Assembly: GCA_000708835.1 (NCBI GenBank)
Contig: DF236973.1
Coordinates: 62,001-126,000, forward strand
DNA: 64,000 nt
Reading direction: 5' to 3'
Origin: Klebsormidium nitens
Taxonomy: Eukaryota; Plantae; Klebsormidiophyceae
The translations under genes were made by a program, and so were the position numbers. The notes under the pieces were generated by a model that saw nothing but the letters and a program-made list of their open reading frames with translations, was not told the DNA's origin and did not search any database. Below, one piece after another: positions 38,824 to 50,063 of the stretch; within the stretch, counting starts at the first letter, position 1; every line of letters starts with the position of its first letter.

Positions 38824-41800
38824 ATGACGATCCAGATCAGGAAGCTTCGAAGCGAATTTGCGGGGGCGAACGTTGGACCTCAGATTGAGAGGTTCGAGGT
38901 TCGAGGTCGTCGGACCTGACATGAACATGCATCGCGGTTGTTTCTTCTGACGCAGACGTCTTTTCCCTTTTCACCTGAGAAGATGAGTCATCAAGCAATC
39001 AGAATGCAACTCGCGATACTAGAGTGTTCGAGAAATACCTCAGACAGTATGTCCGAAACTTTTACGGTACAATATTCATGTTGCTGAGGGGTCGAGAGTA
39101 GAAAATACTTTGCGCCTGGCAACAATTCCTGCTTTCCTGAAGTATTGTTCCGACGAGCCGACGAGCGCGCGGCACGGCGCAGGGAGTCGGAAGACCTGTT
39201 GTCAGGCATCTGTCTGCAGTCCTCGCTGACCCGGCCCCTGAGCATCATAGGTTACTTGCATCAGGAACATAAGAAGCGTTTCAAGAAAGAGCAGAGCTCC
39301 ACGAGCGATTGCACAAAAGTCAGATTCGAAGCGTCGTGACGAAAGCAATTGTGCGCAGCTTCAGCAAGCCGCTTTGTTGGTCCTGGTACGCTTGTGGGCC
39401 TCTGATTCAAGCTTGAAGGTTTCTAGATCAACATCCTAGGAGGATGCCATCTCGGATTGCCTTTCAGACATTGACGCTGCTCCGCTGCACCCTCGTTGTT
39501 GAACACACGGACACTTATTCATCCATCTGTCAGACCGCTCGCTCTAACTTTGAAAGCCTTGTACTAGCCGGAGGATTTAGGCCGGGCTTGCTTCCCGTCT
39601 AGAAGCCGCAGTCTAGGACCGACATCACGACCGATTCCGCAGGTCCGATTCTTCAACAAGCAACATGGTACTCTTTGGATGCTTGCGTTCCGCTAAGTCA
39701 CCCGGCGACCAGGCTTCTCTCGAAAAGCGGAAGCGCGTGCAGCTGCTTAGGGTTATGGTCGCCAATCTGGACGACCTCCGACAGCGTCTGGAGGACGACT
39801 GGAACAACTTCGCAAATGAGCTCCGTCATCGCATCCTGCCAGTCATGCGTGCACAGAATGACGGCATTGATGACGTCAGCGTGCTGCACAGCCTGGCTGA
39901 CGGCATCAAGGAGCAAATGCTGACGTGGCCTGGGAAGAACGGGAGGTTTCTGAAGCAGATGGCCGCACATGCTGCTAGGATTGCAACCGAGCTGATGCTG
40001 CCGAAGGGCTGGAAAGAGAAGCAAGAGCTGTTGAATCTTTTGCAGCTGATGTATGTAAAGTTGGAGAAAGATAGGGAGGAGCCAAGTGAAGATTTGCAGA
40101 CGATGCAGTCCGGGACCAGTAATGGTAAGTGAGAAGATTGCTGCACTAACATTCTGCATACAAGACCTTGAAAACAGTTTTGTCTGTGGGGCAAGTTAGC
40201 GAAATAAAACCTGCGGTTCGAAGCAGCGAGACTCTGAGTACTGCGCCGATAAGGATGTCGGTTATCAACCTTCTACTCTGAGCTACAAGGCCGTTTCTTT
40301 TCGGCTTCAAGCTAAGGAGAACAACTTGTAGAATCACAGATTTCGAGTTTTAGCCTTCATTCATTGAAACAGCCAGCTTCCGAAAACATGATTGGCTGCT
40401 TATTCGTCAAAGAGTCGACAGCGTGACGGTATTTCATATTCTGTTTCTCGTATTGATTGCTGCTGTTTCCCGTCAGGGTTCTTTGAAAGAAAGTGGTTCT
40501 AGACATAGTCAAAATTCTCCTGATCGGAAGTGGAAGGAATCCTCTACGAGGTAGGGGGCACCGTTTCTCCTGTAGTGTCGAGAAGCTACTGAGTTGGAGG
40601 CTAGCTTTGAAAGCGCTGGTTAGTATTTCTGTGGTATGAAAATTCACCGCCACCACGTGACGTGTCTCCGGTGTTTGAATGACTTCGCCTCCTCGCTCTC
40701 GAGCTAGCCTTTCCTCAGACAGCCCTGACCTGAAGTCTCCGCAGCGGCATCTAGAAAGTGTGCTCGAGACGAGTTGGCTTTCATTGCTCCATCTTCACCT
40801 CAACAACTGCTTCAGTCCATTTTGTCACCCGTTCTCAGGCGACTCCTCCAACGGGCGGGGCTACATGGAGGTCGCCCTCTTCTTCTGCTCCGTCCGCGCG
40901 CCCTCCGGCCGCCGCACGCCCGGCGACTTCTTCGGGAAAGCGCGCGCGCACGCGCCCTCCACGGGCTTCGTCCGCGTCTCCCTCCCCGACTTCGACGACG
41001 TCGCATCAAACGGCCCGGACCTGCCCTTCTTGTGGCGCTCGTATCGAAAGCGGCCAACCGGGAACACGAGCAAGAGCATCGAGATCGAGAGCTGCCTCGT
41101 GATGGACGTGGCGCACCTGGTCGGGCGGAACGGCGACCCCCGGGAGGCAATCGTTTACGTGCATGGTAGCTTTTATCTGTCTCATTTCTCGATTTAAAAC
41201 GCGTCCATTTTGTGCAAGGTGCTAAGTAATCGTATCAAATGTCTCTAGCTTTTCCAGATCCGCTCTCTGACTGTTCGTTTCCGTGCCTTCTTTCTGCGGC
41301 TGACTGACTGGTCTCCTTTATTTTGACCATCGGCTATTGCTCGAGAGTCTTTCAATTCACGGATCATCGGTCATTTCTATTCCCACAATTGGTCTTCGTT
41401 TTGGTACAGGTTTTAACTGCCGCTTCGCAACGGCGGCCAAGTACATGGCGCTGTACGCATACAAACTGCGGCGGGACGTTCCCATCTTTATCTTCAGCTG
41501 GCCCTCGTTCAAGGTACGACGTGGCAAATCAGATTATTATCCGAGTTTTCAAGTCTATCTGGTTTTGCAGGTCGAGTATTGTTCGGGCCCACTTGGTTGT
41601 TGCCACCACGTCACAGTCGTGGCGTTACGGTCTCGCTTCCGTTCATGCAGACGTAGTGTTTCCGATGGGAGGCCTTGTCAAAGAAGGAATCTCAATCCAA
41701 ACCAGGGGCTGAAGACCTGAAGACCAATGAGATAAAGAGCTCTCATTTCTGTGAGTGGAAAATTATTTTCCGCTCCAAATCTGACGAGGCCGAGATAATA

Positions 41801-43293
41801 CGAGCTTTTTACAGGCTGATGACATCCGTCTCGGTGAAGTGAACCATCAAGAGTACTTGAAAAACGCAATGCACGTCCAAAGATAACCCCTCAAACTTGC
41901 CCGTCGGTCCTTCTTCACTTCGCAGTCGGTCGACCTGTACGAAGGGGACCAAGCCAACGCCACGTGGTCCGTGCGTCACTTCGCCAGCTTCCTCGAGCGC
42001 ATGATGACGTCATACCGGCTGGACAAAGTGCACGTGTTCGCGCACAGCATGGGCAGTCAGGTGGCAATCAACGGCCTCCTGCGACTGACCGGTTGGAGGG
42101 CCCCGAGGGGCGCCGCGCGGCTGGGGCAGCTGGTGCTGGCCGCCCCGGACTTTGACACAGGGGAGTTCTTCGAAGCGCAAGCTGACTTGGAGAACCTGGT
42201 AAGAACAGATCCTCACCTGCCCATCTACCATTTGATTCAAGTGACGCACTCGGTTCTTTCATTTTTGTCTCCGACGCTGGAGTTTTCAAGCGTTCGGAGG
42301 CCGATTTGTAAGAGGTGGTGCAGGACGGGGTCCTGAGTTTCCATCTCTCTTCGGGGACCGAAAATTCCAGGAAAAAACTTGTCTCCTGGGCTCCCCAGCT
42401 TCTGAGCCGTTCAAATCTGTCTCTTTGCCTTGTGAGCTGGTGAGCGAATGGTCCTTAACGTCAGCCGTCCGTTTGGTTCTTCTCGAAACAGATGTGTCGG
42501 CCTGAGAGACAGGGCAGAGCTGTGACAATACCTCTGTTTTACCGACCCTTGCGTCACCTTCTGCTCAGCGTACGGAGCATCGCGAGAAGGAATCCAGCCG
42601 GTCCTATTCAGATCGGATTGCCGGAAGAATATTGTTTCGAGAATGGTCTGTTGGAGATTGAAGACCCGTTTCGACATCATTCCTTGACCTCGAATGCAGC
42701 GTTTCTGTCAAGCCGTCTACATGAACATTGGATCTGCGAGATGAAGTCCCTCTTTCTGGACCTCATTCTGACAAGCTTGAGACAGCAAATTCTTACACTA
42801 TATCGGGACGCGAACATGCAACGAATCATTTGTTTTAGACCTCTCATGATTCGTTCGTCAGCTTTTCCGACCGCAGGTCGATCGAGTATCCGTCTACTGC
42901 TCGGCCAACGACAAAGCGCTGCGCATGTCGGAGCGCTTGCACGGGGAGCTTCCCCGACTGGGCCATTTCCGGATTGGCTCCCTTCTTTCTGAGAGCCGCC
43001 ACGTGGCGCTCTCTGACAAGGTCGACGTCATCGACGCCAGCGGCTTCGACAAGAGCGTGGTCGGGCACGCCTACGCGTTCACCAGCACTGACGTCATCGA
43101 GGACGTTCTGAGGGTTTTGAGGGACGGGGTTACGGCGACGGCGCGGCCGGCCCTGCGCGCGGCGCGCACGGACAAACGCTTTTATTTCTGGCGGTTGGTG
43201 GGGTCCGGGAAGAAAGAGCCCAAGAAGGGGGAGGAAGAAATCGTGGAGTCGCAGCTTGGTGAAGGGATGGATGCGGAGGGGGATCCCGTATAG
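38824..43293 (+). CDS. DUF900/COG4782-type alpha/beta hydrolase with an extra helical N-terminal region; exons (38824-~38891, tentative), 39643-40124, 40839-41165, 41410-41513, 41926-42198, 42877-43293
   Basis: AIVYVHGFN (oxyanion), FIFSWPS, LYEGDQANATWS...FL, VHVFAHSMGS (nucleophile elbow), QLVLAAPDFD, VSVYCSANDKALRMSERLHG..PRLG, VIDAS..GHAY. Exons from 39643 onward join in phase; the first exon is only inferred. Confidence 0.82.
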
Positions 43294-44606
43294 TTTGAAA
43301 CATACAGCGTGCTCGACACGATCGCTCATGTCTTCTTCTGAGGTCGAAGCTGTGTCGAAGAGCTTCTTTTAAGGCACGCAGTTGACGCTACAAAAGGGCT
43401 TGCAGGGAGATGGATTCAAGGGCCAGGACCGCTTTCCAGTTGGCAGGCTGAGTTTCCAGATGCAACTTGCCCATTTCAGTATTGGCGTCCTGGGTATGGG
43501 GCTCTATCTTGTCCAAAGACTGTACTTATTAGGACATGTATCTTCGACAAGCACAAATTCAGTCCGCTTACGGTTGGCCTGGTGACTTGGAGAAGTTTAC
43601 TTGGATAAAAGGCTCAACTGATTGCCGGCTACCATTGTCATGTGCCAAACAGGCGTCAGCATACATGCATCTGTGATAAGTTCAAACGACGGTAACTGTA
43701 CGCAATCTTACATGCGTACGTACTGCCCTATGACATACTACTGAAAATGGATAAGTGCGAAGTTAACCGCCACGCAATCAACGAGCTCTCGTCGTGCTCT
43801 TTTTAATCTGAGATAGCTACGACTCCAAGATTCGAGGGAACCAATGATCATCGAGTCTGTGGGCCTAAAGTGAGCGTGATGATGGTTTCTAAGCGGTTTT
43901 TCCTGCAATCCGTGCAAGACTCATCATGGTACTGACGGTAGGCATGCAGTCTAGGCCAATCAAATCAGAGAGAAGGAGCAGATTACGTACGTGCCGCCGA
44001 TATATGAATAACTCATTAGCCAATGATCGTTCCCCTAAATTTCCCGGCGGGCCGTCCTTGCAAAATAATTGCATAAGCGCACATAGGTGCATGTGCTGCT
44101 TCGATCCGACGACACCGAAAGATTTATTCGATGCAGCTTCAATGGACAAACAGGTTTCAACTTACAACGTTTCGACCGGCCTGGCAATGTCTCAGCGAGA
44201 TGCTCGGGTTGGGGATCAACCGCTGCAAGTTCACTGCACCGTCTACTCAAGAGCTTCCTTCCATGACCCTCCAAGCCACAAAGCTTCCAGATCTTCTTGG
44301 AACCGCACATGTGTCCTTCGTGATACATACTTATTCTCTGCAAAATGCGCACGATCGAGGAAGCAATGACTTCGGTTGTCCACTTTGCATTCGCAGCCAA
44401 GTGTCTCCTTGCTTAATCCGATCACCGCAGTTACTATAGCTACTCACGGTACTGGACCGCGTTACTCTAAGCGTTTGCCACTTTCAGCCTCTCATATCAT
44501 ATCTACTATATGCGCTATGAAATGGTTTACAGCCTATCTTCACGAGAACGTGCTCATCTGTACCTATGCCACCGCTGCAACAAAAGTACGCGTTCGAACT
44601 CTCTTC

Positions 44607-47600
44607 TCACACCTCGTAACCCGGAAACTTCGCATTTTCCGGATCCGCCAAGTCCAGATACAGACACGCGGTCCCCGCCAAACCCTCAAACAGCGACCAC
44701 GGACGGTCGCCCCCGTGCATGTCGCCCGCCGCAATCAGGGCGTCCGCGTCCTCGTACAAGAAGCGTCCGAAAGCGCACGCGCGCTGAAGGTGCTTCGACT
44801 CGCCCGTCAGCTTATAGAGCGCGAGAAAGACGTACGCGTTTCCGGCGACGCCGTGGCAGAGGCCGACCTTGCGGAGGAGGCCGCGCTGCCAGACGACCTC
44901 TCCGGCCTCGAGAGCGGCCTGCACATGACAATCATTGCGCAAATCAAAACTAGAGTTACGTATCTTTTCCCCTCCATGTTCAGATTTGTTGAGAACGCGT
45001 GGCCCAGCGCCATCTGCCGTATGACAGGAAGCTTCGCTGCCAGACGGATTCTCCGGCCATCAAAGCGGGCCTGCAATCGAGACACGGGGACATTGATTGG
45101 AGCTCGTCACCGTCTTGGACAGATGATCGTCAACGGTAGTTCCTGGAGCGAGTGGAACGAAGAAAAGCGGCTTAACGTCGTACAAAAGCGCAAACTGATC
45201 CACGGAAGCCCCGGAAGAAGAGAAGCTGATTCTGCGTTGAGCATCTCAACGTAGACATAGACGAACATTTGTCAACGGTCCTACGCAGACGACTGCCGCA
45301 GACTCTTATAATGCATATTGAGAGGTCAACAGGCGATTCAGACGTAGTGGCACTTTTCCGACCATCCCCTAGACAGAAGCAGACGTGTATAATGAGCCCA
45401 CCTGTCCGAAAGGACGTCAGCCTCCTCTCATCGTCGCGCACAGCATCAATGCCACAGATGCTTGCTCCGTCACTCAGAGAAACGACTCCCATGATTCGAG
45501 CCACCCAGTCTGCCGCCGTCTTCTAACCCACTGATGAATGGGAAGAGCTTGCCGTCTTCGTCTGAGAACCGCCGTGTTGCGGTGCAGAGCGTAAGCGCCC
45601 TGCCCATTTCTTTGGCCCAATGAAACAGGTCAAATAATCGCGACTGCTACCTCGATGTTGCTCAGACAGACATGTTTGGAAACAAGCTCAGTTACTCAAT
45701 TGTTAAGAATGAGCAATCAAGCCTACCTGCAAGAACACTTTGCCGTCTTCGTCGTTTCGGAACCGCCGCGCGGCGGTGCAGAGGGTGAGCGCCACCCCCG
45801 CCGCCCCGTGGCACCATTGGACGCGGACGTCCGACGTTTCGCCGACGACGGTCGGGTAGTTCCCGCTTGGCAAGCGCGTCCGGAGCAGCTGGTGGAGCGT
45901 CTTGCGGACGTCGGAGAGATCCGTATCAGACAGGGGGAAGTGCAGTAGAACCTGCAAGAGCAGAAGAATGTTGTCATGAACCGAAGCGTTAAACTGCCTT
46001 CTCTCTTGCAAGCGTTGAAAAGGTCCGCATCGGACAGGAGCAAGAGCAGTAGAACCTGCACAATCAGCATAAGTTGTCGTCAAGTTGTCGTCAGCTACAG
46101 GCAGTCCGGAGTTGCCAAAGTCTAATGAGGTGCTGGCAAACAATCCAGGAGATTGGTCGGGAGGTAAGCGCGTCAGAATCAGCTGGTGGAGCGTCTTGCG
46201 GACGTCGGAGAGGTTCGATTCGGACAGGGGGAAGTGCAGTAGAACCTGCGAGAGCAGAAGAATGTTGCCTTTGACCAAAGTGTAAAACTGCCTCAGGCAG
46301 AAGAATGTTGCCGTTAACCGAAGTGTAAAAGTGCCTTTTGCTGGCGAAGCCTCTTGCGGACGTTGGAAAGATCCGAGTCGGACAGGGGGAAGTGTAGTAG
46401 GACTTGCAAGAGCAGTGAAAAGCTGGTGTCAAAAGCAGGAACTCCGGCAATTTGCGGGTCCGGAGCAGCTGGTGGAGCTTTTTGCGGACGTTGGAAAGGT
46501 CCGTATCGGACAGGTGAAGTGCAGTAGAACCTGCAAGAGCAGAAGAATGTTGCCGTTGACCGAAGTGAAAACTGCCTTTTGCTGGCGAAGCGTCTTGCGG
46601 GCGTTGTAAAGATCCGAACCGGACAGAGGGCAATGCAGCAGAACCTGCAAGAGAATCAAAAGCTGCTGTCAACTTGAGGAGTTCCGGCACTTTGCGGGTC
46701 CGGCTCAGCTGGTGGAGCATCTTGCGGACGTCGGAGAGGTCCGAATTGGTCTGGGGGCAGTGCAGTAGAACCTGCACGAGCAGTAAAAGGCTGCTGTCAA
46801 CTGGAGGTAAGTCCGGCAGATTGCGGGTCCGGCTCAGCTGGTGGAGCGTCTTGCGGACGTCGACGTCCGAGTCGGACAGAAGAAGGTGCATGAGAAATCT
46901 GCACAAGCTGGCCGTCAGCTGCTGTCAGTCTGAATTTGCTCGAAGTTCGGAAGAGGAGCTGACGAGGGATCTGGCAACTTCGTGTGGCGACGACTTTGAC
47001 AAAGACAAGGATCATTGACGAGCCAAAGCAGCGGCTGAGTCGAGGTCTTTCAGACATCCAAGAGTGCCTCGTCATTATCAGGAGAATGCAGCAGGACCCG
47101 TTCAGAGGACGCGACGATAAAAATCTGGGTCGCACCAATGATGCCGAAGGCCTCCGGACACGGTCTTGTAGAATCTTTTGTCTTAATCGAACCAGTGACA
47201 AACGGGGAGGAAAGCGTCCGGATCCGGAGAGACTAGGCTCCGTAAGTGGATCGGCAGGTGGAGTGTTTTCGGGATGTCCAACAATGCTTTGTCAGACCTC
47301 GCAAAAATGCATCACGATCTGAACAGAGGACCTCAAGCAATGTGCCATTCAGATTATCAATGATCCTGAAGGACAATGCACGGGGTTTAGCGGAATTTGA
47401 TGGAGTAGATTAGCGGGGTGCAAACGGAAAATCATTCAGGCGGACCATATTAATTGTGTGTCTGATCAGCTCGTAAGGGCTCCCAAGATGTCCGGGAGCT
47501 CCTTGGCAGACAGCAAAAGCGCAGTTTGGGAAGGGAAAGTCAGAAAGATAAAACAAAGGAAGTCGGAAGACTCTGCTAGCCGACCAAGCGAGAAGACAGC

Positions 47601-49261
47601 TGTCAAAAGGCTGTCGTCTACTTGTCAATCTTATTCAGAAAATCCAATCAGTAGTAAGATTGCCTCAGAACCAGGCTCTTTGGCTTGATAGGACATCCTC
47701 GTATTAGTAAAGATGACATTCCTGGGCCAGTATGCACACTACAGTAGCGCATGGTTTTCTGGGAGCAGCAAGAAAATATTATCCAAGAATCAAACGAGAA
47801 GGCTAGAGGAAGGGGGTAAAGGGAGATGGAACAAGTGCTCCAAGTCAGCACCCCACAACAATTGGAGTGTAGTTACTGAAAAGATTGCATTTTGTTTGCC
47901 CAAGGGCCTAGCTCAAATGCTGATATTGTTAAAACGGGAAATTTTAGCTAGCTGCAAAGGAGACCACGAATAGCGACAATTTCTCAACCCACGATAACAT
48001 CCTGAAATCAAGCAACGTGCTCTTCGCTCTTCAAAAACTTAAGCAGCATCGTCGAACAGTAGACCAGCGGCACTCACATGCATGATCCCAGCCACGCCGT
48101 GTGCCGCGCCCAGGTAGCGCTTCCCATGCCACTTGTACATCAGAGGCCACTCGGAGCCCCTCGCGCATGCCCTCCCGTCCGCCAGAATGCTTGACACTAT
48201 TGGTTGAGTCACACTCTCTGGAATGGTTCCTTGCCCTAGGTGAGTGTTAAGGAACAGGGCGGACCATAGGAAGCCCGCTCTGCCATACAGCAGCTCGTCT
48301 GGGGGGTCGGAGTTGCACAGCAGGGACGGCGTTGCGAGGTTGGGCATGTGTCCAGCCTGCAAGCAAGGGAATATTTTATGTCACGGCTGGAATACATGAG
48401 ATTCCTTCTGCTTGCACAGATTTGTCAGGACGACATAGACATTGCAGAGGCTTTGAGTTGAATCAATAGTTTGTAATTCTTGTAATTGTCATGCACCAAT
48501 ACGCCTCCAAATGAATCGGCCGCATGAGATGCAGGCACCCTCCAAACCACCGTGACTGCATGTTCTGTCGTCCGTGCTGGCTGCTCACGAGTATTCTGAA
48601 ACGGCTTGAAGTACGGGCTGCGCTTGCATTTCAGATTGCATGACGTCTTCAAGCACGCATGCTTCTCTCAAGAACCTGAGCACATATATCGTAGATGTAC
48701 CTAGTGAAGAACATCTTCAGCCCTCAAGTATATAATGGCCAAGAGATAGTCATGTTTCCGTAGTGACGATGAAGGTGGTGGTTGAAGAAGTGTACACCTT
48801 CCCCGTCTCTTGTAATTGAGATTACTCATGCCACAACTCACCTGCAGAAGCATCCTGAGGTAGACGTTCTGAGCGTCTCGCTTGCCCGCATGGAACGCCG
48901 CCACCGCGCCGAGCGCATATACCCCCGGCTGCCCCAGCAGGAACGACGGGTGCTCTCTGATCATCCCCGCCACTTTGGCGCACTCCTCAACAATCTCCAT
49001 ACACGTCTCTAAATCGTTCGGGTGTGTGGCCGCAAGCGTCGATTTGAGCAGCAGAAAGGCTGTTCCCCCGCTGCCAGTGTACACATAAGGGTCTCTGACG
49101 CGTCCCGCGTCCCCGTGCGCTCCAGTCCAGGTTTCGGAGACGATCCTGTCGATGAGCGCACATGCATGCTTCGTGAATGCTCTCCGGGCCAGAACGTCCA
49201 GTGCTGCGGATGCATAGCGGTTGAGCAGAGAGGTGCTGAAGTGACGAAAATCGCCCGCCAT
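44607..49261 (-). CDS. LANCL: LanC-like protein, GCR2/GCL type (LanCL copy 1, intact); exons 49261-48842, 48356-48078, 45951-45727, 44918-44607
   Basis: YVYTGSGGTA, SFLLGQPGVYAL, DELLYGRAGFLW, KRYLGAAHGVAGI, LPSGNYP, VQWCHGAAG, GEVVWQRGLLRKVGLCHGVAGNAYVFL, PWSLFEGLAG, FPGYEV; Zn-ligand motifs WCHG and CHG present; all introns phase 0. Confidence 0.93.
45952..47110 (-). repeat. Array of about 8 degenerate copies of the exon-3 acceptor and exon start inside LanCL copy 1 intron 2
   Basis: Units of CTGCTCTTGCAG|GTTCTACTGCACTTCCCCCTGTCC..GACGTCCGCAAGACGCTCCACCAGCTG have junctions at about 46055, 46245, 46403, 46530, 46644, 46771, 46898 and 47097; the real junction is 45951. Confidence 0.88.
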
Positions 49262-50063
49262 GGCGCTTTTATGGCGACTGCATCTCTCCTTCTCAGCCAC
49301 TGATCGATGATGCTGAATACAGACCTGAGATGTAGCCTTGTAGGCTCTGAGCATCGCTGCCTCCCCCTGCATTTCAATGTTTTGAACCATGTTTGCTTTT
49401 GCAGGGCCCGTGTTTGAAGGGGTCCCCCTCAAAAGCATGCAGCCTGCGTGCCGACGATTTGGATGCGGAATTTTGAAATTTCATGAGGGTCACGAACTCA
49501 TGAAAACCAAATTCGATCACCCGGTGTCAAACCCGGTTGATCTATCAAGCTAACCGACTGCTATGACACCCGCAAGAACTGGTTAAACATCCCGGTAGCT
49601 AAGCTCGGAACTTCGCTCCACGCTTCCGGCAACCTTGGTTCCCGTCGGCGTCGATGGTTTCTTTCCCTGGCGAAGTCCACTAAGCTTAGTGCAGTGTTCA
49701 GCCACATCGACAATATTCTTTTCCGTGGTCGAATGAAGCCTCGGAGTCAGGGGCGAGGGAGGAGCAGCAAGGAAGCGCAATGCGCAGTTCTACGGAATGT
49801 TCTTTCTTGACAGCAGCGAACCACCGATACAGTACTTACAATGTGTTGGCAATTGAACCGAGTCCAACCGAGTCCTGTTGACATCAGATCTTCTTGCTGT
49901 TTTTGGTGCGCCGGCCTGTAGAGTGTAGTTGCTGCAGATGCTGACAAGATGAGGTCCTTTATTTTCTGTACTTTCCTTTGTGGTCGGGTTGTGGTCATTT
50001 AGTTCATTGCTAAGTGGTCATCAGGGCAAAGCATAGAAACATTTACCAGGAAGAGTTAGAGAA

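Noticed and set aside
40758-41169. Long overlapping Arg/Pro-rich ORFs in alternate frames (also at 19577-19966, 25296-25799, 44376-45254, 53957-54772, 63388-63879)
   Set aside because: Shadow frames of GC3-rich exons.
45952-47110. CRISPR-like repeat-spacer array
   Set aside because: The units are long, degenerate copies of the adjacent exon with related spacers; the context is eukaryotic and there are no cas genes.
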